60,894 nt of DNA from an uncultured virus (IMG/VR IMGVR_UViG_3300035661_004061) (IMGVR_UViG_3300035661_004061), one strand, 5' to 3'; counted from the first letter of the stretch, positions 20,235 through 31,413 are shown. Notes: generated by a model from the letters alone, not told the origin. Program-made: numbers and translations.

Positions 20235-20552
20235 ATGATAAGTTTAAAATCTAAATTTAAAAAGTTAATGGCAATAAGTGGAGGAGTTATTGAAGATTTT
20301 CAAAGTGGAAAATCATTAGCAGCTGGTGCATTTGCTTCGTTATTAGCTATTGGAGCAGGATTAGTAGTTAATGATACTTCATTATTAATGAGCTGGCCTG
20401 AATTATTTACTGTTTTCACAGGTGGTGCAGCTGTAATTCATTCTATGTTACCAAGTAGTAAAACTTCCCAAGCAATTGATAAATACAATCAAGAAGAAAA
20501 CAAAAAACAAGATTTAGCTGATAAACAAACAGAATATCAATTTGGAATGTAA
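20235..20552 (+). CDS. Small two-TM membrane protein
   Basis: Two Ala/Gly-rich hydrophobic segments; AAGGA RBS. Confidence 0.7.
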   Translation: MISLKSKFKKLMAISGGVIEDFQSGKSLAAGAFASLLAIGAGLVVNDTSLLMSWPELFTVFTGGAAVIHSMLPSSKTSQAIDKYNQEENKKQDLADKQTEYQFGM

Positions 20553-20577
20553 TTATTAATTTATAAGGAAAATTTAA

Positions 20578-22998
20578 ATGAATGAAATTATATCAAATAA
20601 TTTATTAAATAATAATTGTGATATAACTATTTTAGAAGAAAATCATATTAATATTACAGAAATTATTACAGAAATCGTTACAAACTATAAAAATTATAAT
20701 AGATTAGAACTTGAAATATATAATTTTTTATTAAATAAAATTTTATTAAATACTGAAAATACATTATTAAATAAAAATAATATTATTATTTCAAGTAAAA
20801 GAGTAAAAGACATTTTAAAAAATATTGAATTTCAAATGATGAAAGTCAATGATGAAAAAAATCTACAAATATTTGATTCTTTTGTCAAAATTAATCAAAT
20901 ATTTGTAGAAAAATCATTTATTTTTGTAAAAAAAATAAATGTTAAAGATATTTCAAAACAAAAAAAATTAAAAATTAAAATAAGAGAAAATATCAATTCT
21001 TTAAATAAAGTTTTATATGTAAATCATTTCTTTTATTCAAAAGAAATATTACCTTTATCTCAAAATAAAAATAAAAAATATTTTTATGATATGACTTCCA
21101 AATATGAAAAATCAAAAAATTTTGAAACATTGGAAGAAAGTTTTAATTATTTAAATAAATTAAAAAATAATATTTCAAATGATTTTAAATTAAAACATAA
21201 AATGTTAGAAATAAGAAAAAATTTAAATCTTTTAAAAAATAGATATGATAAAGAATGGATAAGTTCAATTGATTTAGAATATAAAGAAAATGAAATTTCT
21301 GAAATAGGTATTACATTAAAAAATATTAAAACTAAAAAATTAATTGTTAAAAATTATATAATCGAAGATTTTCTTTTATATAAAAAAAAATATACTCCTT
21401 TTAATTTTGGAATTTCAGAAGTTGTCAATCTTAAAACAGCATTAGAAAAAATAAAATATTATTTAAAATTTTCAAATATTATTGTTGGGAATTCAATAAA
21501 TTCAGATATTGAATTATTACAAAAAGAAGGTTTGAAATTTGATAATAAATTTATATTTGATTTAAATACATTTAATTCTTATTTTTATAAAGACATTGGT
21601 AACAAAACTCATATATCATTAGAACAAATGAGTAAAAATTTATCAATAAATGCTAAAAATTTTCATAATGCTGGTAATGATAGTTATTATTCAGTAAGAT
21701 GTTTTTATAAATATATAAATAAATATATAAAAATGGATTTTGATAAAATTAATAAAAATCAAAATAATAATAAATCTAAAATTGAAGAAGAAATAACTTT
21801 AAATTCTTTAACAAAAGATAATTATAAAAGAAAAATATTATTTTTTAAAAAACAATTAAATAATGAAAAAATAAAAGAATATAAATATTTAAAAACTTAC
21901 AATTTAAAATTTTTAGAATTGTATTCAATAAGTGATATTGGGATTTTTTTTAAAAATGAAAAACCGATAAATGTTTTAAATGCTTTTGAAAAGATATTAA
22001 ATAAAAATTTTTTTAATATTAATTTTTTAAATATAAATGGATTATTATATTTAGATATTCATAATTATATTATATTTTTAAATGAGTTAAAACAAGAATT
22101 AAACTATGAATTAGATAATGATATAAATGAAGATATTTATAAAACTTTATCTTTAAATAGTTTAATTTATAACCAACAAGAATCTTTACTTTCATTAAAT
22201 TTTAAATTTAGAACTTTTAATAAAGATAATACTTTTTCAAATCATAAATTAATTTTTTCTGAAGAAAATATAAAATTAAAAAAAATTATAAAAGAAGAAG
22301 AAATTCAAGAACATAATAATTTTAATAATTCCAAAGTTCAAATAGATACAATAGATACAATAGATACAAAAGAAAAAATAAAAAATAAACTTAAAATTTT
22401 ATCTAATAAAAATGTATTATCAGGTTATAAATACGAAGAACTTATAAAAATAATTAAAGAAAGTATTAATGAATTTTCAACAGAACAATTACCGATAGAT
22501 AAATATCATACTATTTTAAAAGAAATAATATATCGTAAAAATAAAAATTATAAATTTCAAAAATTATCACTTGAAAAAATGAAAAATGAAAGAATGATAA
22601 ATGTAAATAATGTTTCTTTGATATTTCGGATAAAAAATTCAAGAGATATATTAAATATACTAGAAAAAAATTTTATTCCAAACAAAATAAAAGATATAAA
22701 TTTAAGAAATAAATTGAATTTTTCAACATTAAACAAAGGTAATGAATTATATTGTGATTTAGAAAGTTTTATATATTTAGTAAAAAATGCTTGTTTTCAA
22801 TTAAATATAGACTTTTATTCAAATATTAAATTACAAAGAGAATTAATTAAATATATCGAAAATTTTAGTATTTTATCTGAAAATTTATCACTTGAATTTA
22901 ATAATATTGTTATATATGATAATTTAGAAAGAACAGAAGAAATTAAAAATATAAATTTAATAAATAATTCAAAAAATGAAGAAATGATAAATATTTAA
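20578..22998 (+). CDS. Large protein with a central DEDDh 3'-5' exonuclease domain (Gfd2/YDR514C-like)
   Basis: SIDLE..EIGI (ExoI), IVGNSINSDI (ExoII) and FHNAGNDSYY (ExoIII). Confidence 0.75.
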   Translation: MNEIISNNLLNNNCDITILEENHINITEIITEIVTNYKNYNRLELEIYNFLLNKILLNTENTLLNKNNIIISSKRVKDILKNIEFQMMKVNDEKNLQIFDSFVKINQIFVEKSFIFVKKINVKDISKQKKLKIKIRENINSLNKVLYVNHFFYSKEILPLSQNKNKKYFYDMTSKYEKSKNFETLEESFNYLNKLKNNISNDFKLKHKMLEIRKNLNLLKNRYDKEWISSIDLEYKENEISEIGITLKNIKTKKLIVKNYIIEDFLLYKKKYTPFNFGISEVVNLKTALEKIKYYLKFSNIIVGNSINSDIELLQKEGLKFDNKFIFDLNTFNSYFYKDIGNKTHISLEQMSKNLSINAKNFHNAGNDSYYSVRCFYKYINKYIKMDFDKINKNQNNNKSKIEEEITLNSLTKDNYKRKILFFKKQLNNEKIKEYKYLKTYNLKFLELYSISDIGIFFKNEKPINVLNAFEKILNKNFFNINFLNINGLLYLDIHNYIIFLNELKQELNYELDNDINEDIYKTLSLNSLIYNQQESLLSLNFKFRTFNKDNTFSNHKLIFSEENIKLKKIIKEEEIQEHNNFNNSKVQIDTIDTIDTKEKIKNKLKILSNKNVLSGYKYEELIKIIKESINEFSTEQLPIDKYHTILKEIIYRKNKNYKFQKLSLEKMKNERMINVNNVSLIFRIKNSRDILNILEKNFIPNKIKDINLRNKLNFSTLNKGNELYCDLESFIYLVKNACFQLNIDFYSNIKLQRELIKYIENFSILSENLSLEFNNIVIYDNLERTEEIKNINLINNSKNEEMINI

Positions 22999-23071
22999 AA
23001 TTATTTTTTTACTATATATTTATACAAAATTTTATTATAATGTTAAAAATAGATTAAAAAGGGTAGAAAAG

Positions 23072-26000
23072 ATGATAAGAAGTAAAAATGTTAAAAGTTC
23101 TTTATTCAAGATTTTTGAAGATAATGCAAAAATATTTATATTTGATACAGAAACTTCCGGTTTAGGAACAAGAAATAACCCAGCAGAAATGATAGAATTT
23201 TCAGGTTTAAAATATAATTTAAAAAAAGATTTAAAATTAGATTTTAATGAAAAAACAAAAGAATTAAGTGTTAATTTCAATGGGAAAACATTGATATTTA
23301 AAACTAAAGAAACAAATGTAAATACTACTTCTAATGATTTTAAAATAAAATTAGATAATGATGAAGAATTAATTATAAAATATAATATTCCAGTAATAAA
23401 GAAAAAAAATAAATTTGTATTACCTTTTAATAGTTTTGGAGAATTTCAATTAGAAGAAACGATTGATCAAATGTATTCTTCTAATAAAAACATTGAACCT
23501 GGTGCTACTAATGTTCATAAAATTTATAATAAATCCCAAATTATTAATGAAGATAATATTGATGAATTGAAAAATTATGGAAGAACTATTTTAAATTCAT
23601 ATAAAGAAAAATATTATGATAAAAAAATAGATAGTCTTACTAAAAGCATTGATAAAAAAGAAGAACAAATCAAAAAAATAGATAATAATAGAAAAAAAAC
23701 AGATACAGAAATTAAATTATTAGAAATTATGACTAATGAATTTAAATTTATGAAAAATGAATTAAAAGGACTAAAAGAAAACTTAACAATAATTAAAAAA
23801 TATATCCAATCAGTTGAAAAAAGTAAAACAACAAACGAAATATCTGAAACTGTATTATTATTTTTTAAAGTATTTAATTTTAGAAATAACTCTGATTCTT
23901 CACCGTTAGAAAAAGAAACTATTGATAAATTAAAAGAAATATTAAATAATAACGATAATGTATTGGTTGGACATAATATTTTTAATTTTGATATTAAAAA
24001 CATATTAGAACCAGTAATCGGAGATGTTTCAAATCCAAATGTAATGGATACTATGTTTTTCCCTATGGAATATAATAAAAAATCAAAAACAAGAGCAACA
24101 TTAGATAAATTTATTAATATTGGAATAGAAAATGTTTTTTCTAATTTAAAAAAAGAAATCGAAAGTTTTCAAAAAATTAATAAAAAATTTGAAGATGAAA
24201 AAGAAAAAGAAATATTTGAAAATAAAAAATCAGAATTTATAGATTTTTTTCAATTAAAAATATTTAGAAATAAAAAATTAACAGAAGAAGAAATAAAAAA
24301 TTTAAATATTTTAATGGAATATTTTAATAATATTGAAGGAATTAATACAAATTCTTATATTTCAAAAGAAGAATTGAATTATATAAATTATATAAATTCT
24401 TTAATTGAAGAAAGAGAAGGAATTCATACCTCTTTATTAGATATAAAATTAAATTTATTTGCATGGGAACATCAAATAATTGAATATATTTCATTACATG
24501 GTTTAGAAGATGTTTTGGTAGAAAATACAGTTATTAAAAATTTAGAAGAAGAAATTCCTAGTGAAACAACTGTAAAAGTTGATACTTATTTAGGTTTAAA
24601 AACAACTTTTTCAAAAGACGTTATTACTAAAAATACAGATATAGTTAATAAAGCAAAAGAATTAGGACTTAAAAATGTTGCTATATCAGATGCTAGTTTT
24701 ACAGATTTTTATGATAATCAAAAAATTATTGGAAAAGCAGACATAAAAAACATCATATCAGTAGAATTAAAATTAATATTTGATAATAATGAATATCCAG
24801 AATTTAATGATTCTAAAATCAATATAATTTTTCCAACTCAAAAAGATTATTTCAATGCTATTTTATTAATTAATGATTATAAAATTGAATATAATGATTT
24901 ATTACTTTTATTAAAACAAACAAATATTAAAACAATTATACCTTTGGAAATGGATAAATTATTTACAAAAGAAAAAAGTGAAATAAAAAACATATTTATT
25001 AAAGTATCTCCATATTCATTAGATAATTATGAAGTTGAAACAGAAAACAAAAAAGTATTATGGATTGAAAATAAATATACAGATAATACAAAAGAACAAA
25101 AAACATTACAATATTTATGGAAAAATATTTCAAGTAATACTACTATGAGTTTAGTTACTATGAATAATATATATAAATTTAGTGAAAATTATCAAGATTT
25201 CCATATACCTTCAAAAGAAGAATTAGGTGTTATTTTTCCAGCAGAAAAATTTAATGAAATTTATAAAAATAGTGATTTAATAGCAGAAGAATGTGAAAAT
25301 TTTGATATTGAAGCAAAACATTTACCAATTATTCCAACATTAACAAGATTACAAACAGAAATCAAAGAAAACCCTACAAATGCGGCAGAATATAAACATA
25401 TATTAACTGAATTTCTTAAAAAACAATGGAAATCAAAAGATATGGAAAGTTTATTAAAAATAAAAACTTTAAAAACTTATTTCAAAAATAAAATAAAAGA
25501 ATTTGATGAATTAAGTTATCAAGGATTACAAAATTTAAGTTTAGAAGAAAGAAATTTAATTAAAAAAATCATTAATACAGATCTTTCAATTATGAATAAA
25601 GAAGAATTATTAAAAATGTCAAATGAAGAATTAAATAAAAAAGGTAAAACTCTTAAAGAACAAGAATTAATAAATGAATTTAGAGAATTATATACATTTA
25701 AAAAACACGAATATGGTGATAGAATAAAATATGAATTAGATTCACTAGAAAACTTTGAAAACTATGAAATAGTTTTTAACTATTATTTTTTAATGAGAAA
25801 AATCTTAAAAGTTTTAGAAGCAAAGGGAATAAGTCATGGACCTGGACGTGGTTCAGCAGCTGGTTCAATTATAGCATTTTTAATGGAAATAACAGATATA
25901 GATCCTGTTGATGGAGATTTACTATTCGAAAGATTTATGAATCCAGAACGTGTATCGATGCCCGATATAGATACTGACCTTCCAATGAGTAAAGAAATTA

Positions 26001-29000
26001 CAAAAGATTTAATTATTGATATTTTAGAAGGTGCATTTAAATTAAGTGACGAAGAAGCAACAGAATTATTAGGACAATATGATTTTTATGATAAAGAAAT
26101 AATTAAAGCATCATTAAATAAATTAAGATATACAGCTAAAATTTCAACAGTCATGTATTCTTCTGAAAAAACAATATTCGGGGATATGTTTCGTTTATTA
26201 GGAATTCCAGGAAACCAATTAAGTCCAATTAAACGTTCTTATAATGCAGATATCAATATATCTGAAAATTTTTCTAGTATTCCAGAAGTAGATTCTTATA
26301 TAAATAGTTTGGATTTCATCATAAATGATTTAAAAAGTTTAGGTGATTTAATGAGTGCTAAAGGAAAACATGCTGGAGGTGTTAATATTTCAGGTGGTCC
26401 TGCAAACGCACATGCAATGAATGAAGATAATACAAATGTATTTACAAAAGATGTTGCATCAAATGAAAGTAAAATGGACTTACTTGGATTAATTGGACAA
26501 AAACTTATAGATGAATTAGATAGTGTCGAAGAAACTTCAGAAAAAACAGGAAGAACGGAATCTATTGATTATAATTTTTCAATTACAGAAGATTCAAATA
26601 TATGGGATTTAATACAAAACGGTAAAACAGCTAATGTATTCCAAATTGAATCAGATGGTATGAAAAAAATGTTAAAAAGATTAGCACCATTAGATTTTGA
26701 TACATTAGTTGCCGCACTTGCTTTATATAGACCAGGTCCTATGGAAGCTGGATCTGTTGATGAATATATTATTAATAAATATATTGATATTCAAAAAAAA
26801 TATTCAAGATTTGTTGAACCTATATTAGGAAAAAGAATTAAAAATGGTTCATTTTTAAAAGAAGAAAGTGATAAAATGTATGATTTTATTAATAATAATA
26901 AATTTAAAAAATTAGTTGATAAAGAATTGTTTTTTAATATTTTAAATGCTACACCTTATACAAAAACAAATGAATTTAAAAATAGAATCACTTCTTCATT
27001 AGATGAAGTGATAAATATTATTAAAAATGATCCAGATGCAACTGATGAAGAAGTATTAGACATTAAAAATAGTATTATTGAAGATCCTGAAAAACAACAA
27101 CAAGAATTAAAAACAATTGAAAAAGAATTTTTAAAATATTATAGAGATTTAAAAAGTATAGATAAAAGTATGGAAAAAACATTAGCTTTCGCAGCAAAAA
27201 TAGAAGACGAAATTAAAGGTTCTGAAACATATATAGATATAACAAAAGAAACTTATGGAACTATTATTTATCAAGAACAAATCATGCAAATAGCTTCAAG
27301 AATAGCTGGATTTACAAAAGGTGAATCAGATGCATTAAGAAAAGTTATTGCTAAATCTAAACAACTACAAATTATGAAATTTAAAAATCAATTGGTAGAA
27401 GGTTTTACAAATAGAATTGATAAAATAATATTTAAAAATGGTAATACAATTTATAGAAATCATGATTTTGAAACAGTATTAAATATTAATGGAGAAGAAA
27501 TAAACTTATATAATAGTCCATTTAAAGTTGTTGATAATAAATTACATATTTCTTATACACCTTCTTCTATTAAAAAAGATAAAATATTAGAATCTTTAAA
27601 AATTGAAAGTATAGAAGATTTAGATGAAATTGTTAAAACTGATATTAAAGAAGTAATAAATGTAAATACAATGAGTACAAAAGCAGCTACATATTTATTT
27701 GATAATATTGTTGGATTTGGTTCGTATGCGTTTAATAAATCTCACTCTGCTAGTTATGCTCGATTGACTTATAAAACAGCTTTTTATAAATATTATTATC
27801 CTGAAAAATTTTATGCTATATCTTTAAAATATGCTTCTAAAAAATCAATTCAAGCGTTATTAAGAGAAATTATAAATGAAACAGATATTAAAATTAAATT
27901 ACCAACTATAAATAAATTAAATAAAGAATTTGATTATGATCTAGATGACCATACAATATTATTTTCACCAAATAAATTAAAATCAATTAAAGATGATTCG
28001 ATTTACGCTATTTATAATGAAATTAATAAAGGAACTAAATTTGTTTCTTTGTTTGATATGAAATTAAAATTAGGAAGTTTGGCTGATAAAGCTACTATTA
28101 AACAATTAGGTGTTTCTAAAATTTTAGAAGAAATTTCAGGAAGTTTAACACCTAAAATATTTAGTGAATTTGACAGTGAAATAAATTTAGCATTGAAAAA
28201 TTTTACAGAAGATAGATTAACAGAGGTTGCTAAAAAAGTTTCAGATAGAAAAGATGTAAAAGATTTTAAAGAATATTTTAAATTAATTAATACAATTAAG
28301 AAAAATGATGTTGTAAATTTACAAATTGAAGAAAACAATACATTATTAACTTCTATTAAAGAAAAATATGAACATATGTCAGCTAATGAATTTTCTAAAA
28401 AAGACGAAAATGAAGTAGAATTAGGATTTAATGGTGAAAATGAACAAGAAGAAGATATAGACGAAAATGAATTATTATTAGAATTAGAAAGTTTAGAAAA
28501 AAAATTAAAACCTATTTCTGAAGAAGATAAAAAATTAATTCAATATATTGAAAATAAATATCAAAAAGAAATCAAAGAATATTATTCTTTAAGTTCAGAA
28601 GATGGAGACAAAAAATTATTATCATATATTGAAAACGAAATTGTTTCAGAAGAAAAACTAGAAAGATTTAAAGAAATGATAGAAAACAAAACTGATTTTA
28701 CTGCAGAAGAACAAGACGAAGTAAATATTAAACTTTTTGCAGAATATAATTTTTCAGGAACTAAAATTGATTTAACAAATAGAACTTTAAATCCAGAAGA
28801 ATTAGAAAAACAAATAAAAACATATTATCAAGATGTAAGAACACATTTACAATCTGTTCCTGATTATCAAAATAATGAAAAAATAGCTAATTTAAGAGAA
28901 CCTTATTATTATATTGGGAAAAATCCTAAAATAATAGTTATTACAGAAAATAGTATTTTTTCAAAAATAGATGATATATATTATATGGATAAAAAATTAA

Positions 29001-29722
29001 AAGAAGATAAAAGAAACTTTACAAATAATGATGGAAAAGTTATAGAATTTTCAAGATATATAGATTCAGTATCACAAAAAGAATATAAATATGAACCTAA
29101 AACAGGTAAATTGCAATTGTGTGATAAAAGTTCTGGAAAAACAGAATACAAAGATGTTCCAGATAGTCAAGTAAAATGTACATTCAATAATAACTTTGCT
29201 TATAAATTTTTTGAAGATTTAATTAAAGCGAACCCTTTATTAACAATGGACGATTTTGCTATAATGTCTTATTTTCCATTTAATAAATCTTCTATGCCAA
29301 AGAAAATGGTAGCTGATGCAGTTTATTCAAATAAATTAAAAAAATTATTACAAAATGTAAAACCTGGTATGATTATGCCAACTGGTATGGATTTAATTAA
29401 AGCTGTTAAAGGTATGCATTTCTTTAAAAGAGAAGAATTTGATACAGTATATCATGTTCCTTATCACTTTAATTTTGATGATAAATCTAAAAAAACAGAA
29501 GACCAAATATATACAAAAGTTGTGTTTTTTGAAAATCCAAATAAAGACTTTATTTTAAGTAAAGTTGAAGACGAAAAATCTAAAAAAGAGATTATGGAAC
29601 AAGTAAATAAAATAAAACGAGAATTAACCGAAACAATAAAAGATGTAAAAAATAATACAGTTGAAGAAAACTTAAAACATAATATTAATGTTGAAAATAA
29701 AGAAAATCTTAATATGGAATAA
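23072..29722 (+). CDS. dnaE: DNA polymerase III alpha (DnaE) with an N-terminal DEDDh exonuclease and a C-terminal UDG-like domain
   Basis: FDTETSG / VGHNIFNFDI / HTSLLDI; His-less PHP; GPGRGSAAGS, LLFERFMNPERVSMPDIDTD, HAGG, KMDLLGL, VFQIES, ALYRPGP, YQEQIM and YAFNKSH; C-terminal GKNPKIIVITE...VKPGMIMPTG...FFENP. Confidence 0.93.
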   Translation: MIRSKNVKSSLFKIFEDNAKIFIFDTETSGLGTRNNPAEMIEFSGLKYNLKKDLKLDFNEKTKELSVNFNGKTLIFKTKETNVNTTSNDFKIKLDNDEELIIKYNIPVIKKKNKFVLPFNSFGEFQLEETIDQMYSSNKNIEPGATNVHKIYNKSQIINEDNIDELKNYGRTILNSYKEKYYDKKIDSLTKSIDKKEEQIKKIDNNRKKTDTEIKLLEIMTNEFKFMKNELKGLKENLTIIKKYIQSVEKSKTTNEISETVLLFFKVFNFRNNSDSSPLEKETIDKLKEILNNNDNVLVGHNIFNFDIKNILEPVIGDVSNPNVMDTMFFPMEYNKKSKTRATLDKFINIGIENVFSNLKKEIESFQKINKKFEDEKEKEIFENKKSEFIDFFQLKIFRNKKLTEEEIKNLNILMEYFNNIEGINTNSYISKEELNYINYINSLIEEREGIHTSLLDIKLNLFAWEHQIIEYISLHGLEDVLVENTVIKNLEEEIPSETTVKVDTYLGLKTTFSKDVITKNTDIVNKAKELGLKNVAISDASFTDFYDNQKIIGKADIKNIISVELKLIFDNNEYPEFNDSKINIIFPTQKDYFNAILLINDYKIEYNDLLLLLKQTNIKTIIPLEMDKLFTKEKSEIKNIFIKVSPYSLDNYEVETENKKVLWIENKYTDNTKEQKTLQYLWKNISSNTTMSLVTMNNIYKFSENYQDFHIPSKEELGVIFPAEKFNEIYKNSDLIAEECENFDIEAKHLPIIPTLTRLQTEIKENPTNAAEYKHILTEFLKKQWKSKDMESLLKIKTLKTYFKNKIKEFDELSYQGLQNLSLEERNLIKKIINTDLSIMNKEELLKMSNEELNKKGKTLKEQELINEFRELYTFKKHEYGDRIKYELDSLENFENYEIVFNYYFLMRKILKVLEAKGISHGPGRGSAAGSIIAFLMEITDIDPVDGDLLFERFMNPERVSMPDIDTDLPMSKEITKDLIIDILEGAFKLSDEEATELLGQYDFYDKEIIKASLNKLRYTAKISTVMYSSEKTIFGDMFRLLGIPGNQLSPIKRSYNADINISENFSSIPEVDSYINSLDFIINDLKSLGDLMSAKGKHAGGVNISGGPANAHAMNEDNTNVFTKDVASNESKMDLLGLIGQKLIDELDSVEETSEKTGRTESIDYNFSITEDSNIWDLIQNGKTANVFQIESDGMKKMLKRLAPLDFDTLVAALALYRPGPMEAGSVDEYIINKYIDIQKKYSRFVEPILGKRIKNGSFLKEESDKMYDFINNNKFKKLVDKELFFNILNATPYTKTNEFKNRITSSLDEVINIIKNDPDATDEEVLDIKNSIIEDPEKQQQELKTIEKEFLKYYRDLKSIDKSMEKTLAFAAKIEDEIKGSETYIDITKETYGTIIYQEQIMQIASRIAGFTKGESDALRKVIAKSKQLQIMKFKNQLVEGFTNRIDKIIFKNGNTIYRNHDFETVLNINGEEINLYNSPFKVVDNKLHISYTPSSIKKDKILESLKIESIEDLDEIVKTDIKEVINVNTMSTKAATYLFDNIVGFGSYAFNKSHSASYARLTYKTAFYKYYYPEKFYAISLKYASKKSIQALLREIINETDIKIKLPTINKLNKEFDYDLDDHTILFSPNKLKSIKDDSIYAIYNEINKGTKFVSLFDMKLKLGSLADKATIKQLGVSKILEEISGSLTPKIFSEFDSEINLALKNFTEDRLTEVAKKVSDRKDVKDFKEYFKLINTIKKNDVVNLQIEENNTLLTSIKEKYEHMSANEFSKKDENEVELGFNGENEQEEDIDENELLLELESLEKKLKPISEEDKKLIQYIENKYQKEIKEYYSLSSEDGDKKLLSYIENEIVSEEKLERFKEMIENKTDFTAEEQDEVNIKLFAEYNFSGTKIDLTNRTLNPEELEKQIKTYYQDVRTHLQSVPDYQNNEKIANLREPYYYIGKNPKIIVITENSIFSKIDDIYYMDKKLKEDKRNFTNNDGKVIEFSRYIDSVSQKEYKYEPKTGKLQLCDKSSGKTEYKDVPDSQVKCTFNNNFAYKFFEDLIKANPLLTMDDFAIMSYFPFNKSSMPKKMVADAVYSNKLKKLLQNVKPGMIMPTGMDLIKAVKGMHFFKREEFDTVYHVPYHFNFDDKSKKTEDQIYTKVVFFENPNKDFILSKVEDEKSKKEIMEQVNKIKRELTETIKDVKNNTVEENLKHNINVENKENLNME

Positions 29723-29823
29723 AACATATAAAAATAGTTAAAAATATTAAAATGTTTGACTATTTATTAATAAAATATTATAATAATAGTCTAAAAAACT
29801 ATAACAAAGGCAAGGACATAAAA

Positions 29824-30873
29824 ATGAAGTATTTAGGACGAACAGTAGTAGTAGGAAAATTTATAAGTGCTGATGATGAAAAAGCTAAATTTGAAATAAA
29901 TGGACAAATATTTGATATACCAGCTATTCAAGATCAAGGAGACTTTAAAAGTCCTTTAAATAGAAGAGACGAATTTCCAGAAGATAGAACGATGAAAGAG
30001 TATTTAACACATCCAAGAAAATCAATGAAAAGAAAATTGAAAAAAAACGATTATGTTTTATTGACTTTACAAAGATATATGGAAGAACCTAATAAAATAG
30101 ATTATCAATTACAAAACGCAGTTACTTTTATAAGATCTGTAAATGTTGAAAATGAATTAGAATATAAAGGTTTTGTTTTTCACGCAGATGACGTTCAAAG
30201 ATTTTATAAAAAAGATGAGAATTTACCTTTATATCTTATAAAATTTTCTTCTGCTAAAAAAACAAAAGAAGAAATTTCTGAAATTGGTGAACAATTATTA
30301 AAAGAAGGAATAACAAACAAATTTGTATTTACTTATAAAGAAGGTGAAGAATTTAAAAGAAAAAATGTTGTATTAGAGATAAATGAAGAATTATTTAAAG
30401 CTGAAACAGATAAATATAGTTTTATAAATTTAGAAGAATTCAAAAAATTCCTTTTAGAATCAGAAAATCTTATATTTAATATTTCTTTCTTTCAAAGTGG
30501 AACTAAGAAAAAAGAAATAGTAGATAAATATGAAAGTGTTTTCCTTAAAAATGCTAAATCAAAAACACCTAAAAATGATATTGAAAAAATTTTAAATGAG
30601 GATATTGAAGCTTATTATTCTCATAGAAAAATTAGATTAGATAATGACTCATTTAAAGAAAAAGAAATTCATGGAAAAGTTATAAACGAAAAAGGTGATT
30701 ATTTAATGGCACCTTCAATAGTTTCTTTTAAACAATCTAGAAGTGCGGAAGATGAAGAAATGTCATTTTATTTAGTTTCTTCTATTGTTCCAGATGTTAT
30801 TGCTATGAGAAAAAGAGCATTAGATTATCTTAAAAAACAAATATCTCAAGAAGAAATTAATGAAGAAAAATAA
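29824..30873 (+). CDS. Hypothetical protein
   Basis: Long ORF directly after dnaE; the AAGGA RBS favours ATG 29824 over 29752. Confidence 0.75.
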   Translation: MKYLGRTVVVGKFISADDEKAKFEINGQIFDIPAIQDQGDFKSPLNRRDEFPEDRTMKEYLTHPRKSMKRKLKKNDYVLLTLQRYMEEPNKIDYQLQNAVTFIRSVNVENELEYKGFVFHADDVQRFYKKDENLPLYLIKFSSAKKTKEEISEIGEQLLKEGITNKFVFTYKEGEEFKRKNVVLEINEELFKAETDKYSFINLEEFKKFLLESENLIFNISFFQSGTKKKEIVDKYESVFLKNAKSKTPKNDIEKILNEDIEAYYSHRKIRLDNDSFKEKEIHGKVINEKGDYLMAPSIVSFKQSRSAEDEEMSFYLVSSIVPDVIAMRKRALDYLKKQISQEEINEEK

Positions 30874-30895
30874 TTCTATTGTATAGAATTATTTT
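30867..30895 (+). terminator. Inverted repeat (13-bp arms) over a stop codon
   Basis: aaaataattctat-tgt-atagaattatttt. Confidence 0.45.
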
Positions 30896-30912
30896 AATAA
30901 AAGGAATATTTA

Positions 30913-31413
30913 ATGAATGAACAAATAGATATAAATTTTAAACCAAGTGCTATCTATAATATAGTAAAATTTTTTTTATATACAATATTAATTTATTCTA
31001 TATTGTTTATAATAAATAATTTTTTTCCATCAATCACAAATACTATATTTTATGAAATGAATTATTCAGATTTAAAAATAACATTTGATTTATGGATGGT
31101 AGGACATATATTTGTAATATTATTATTAATCAAAAATATATTAAAAATTAGTCATATAAAATTATTTAATAATTATCATTTAACTAATGCAAATATTGTA
31201 ATAAGAAATGGACTTTTTAACAATAAAATATCATTACCTTTAAATGGTAGATTATTACTTGAAAGTAAACAAAATTTTATTCAAGTATTTATTAATCTTG
31301 TTGATATAGAATTAGAAGCAGACGGAGATTCTTCAGCACCAGAAGCTGTATTAAAAAATGTTTCTCCAAAATATTTCGATTTATTAAATGAATTAAAAAA
31401 TAATAGATATTAA
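30913..31413 (+). CDS. Membrane protein with a bacterial PH-like (bPH_2/YdbS-type) domain
   Basis: Two TM helices followed by YHLTN..IVIRNGLF...Q.FIQ.F. Confidence 0.6.
   Translation: MNEQIDINFKPSAIYNIVKFFLYTILIYSILFIINNFFPSITNTIFYEMNYSDLKITFDLWMVGHIFVILLLIKNILKISHIKLFNNYHLTNANIVIRNGLFNNKISLPLNGRLLLESKQNFIQVFINLVDIELEADGDSSAPEAVLKNVSPKYFDLLNELKNNRY

Noticed and set aside
22342..22368. 9-bp x3 repeat (atagataca)
   Set aside because: A short in-frame slippage duplication (IDT x3) in a low-complexity linker with no further significance evident.
26760..27680. Inteins in the DnaE insertions
   Set aside because: No Cys/Ser-start and His-Asn-end splice junctions or LAGLIDADG motifs are evident in the inserted segments of either DnaE.
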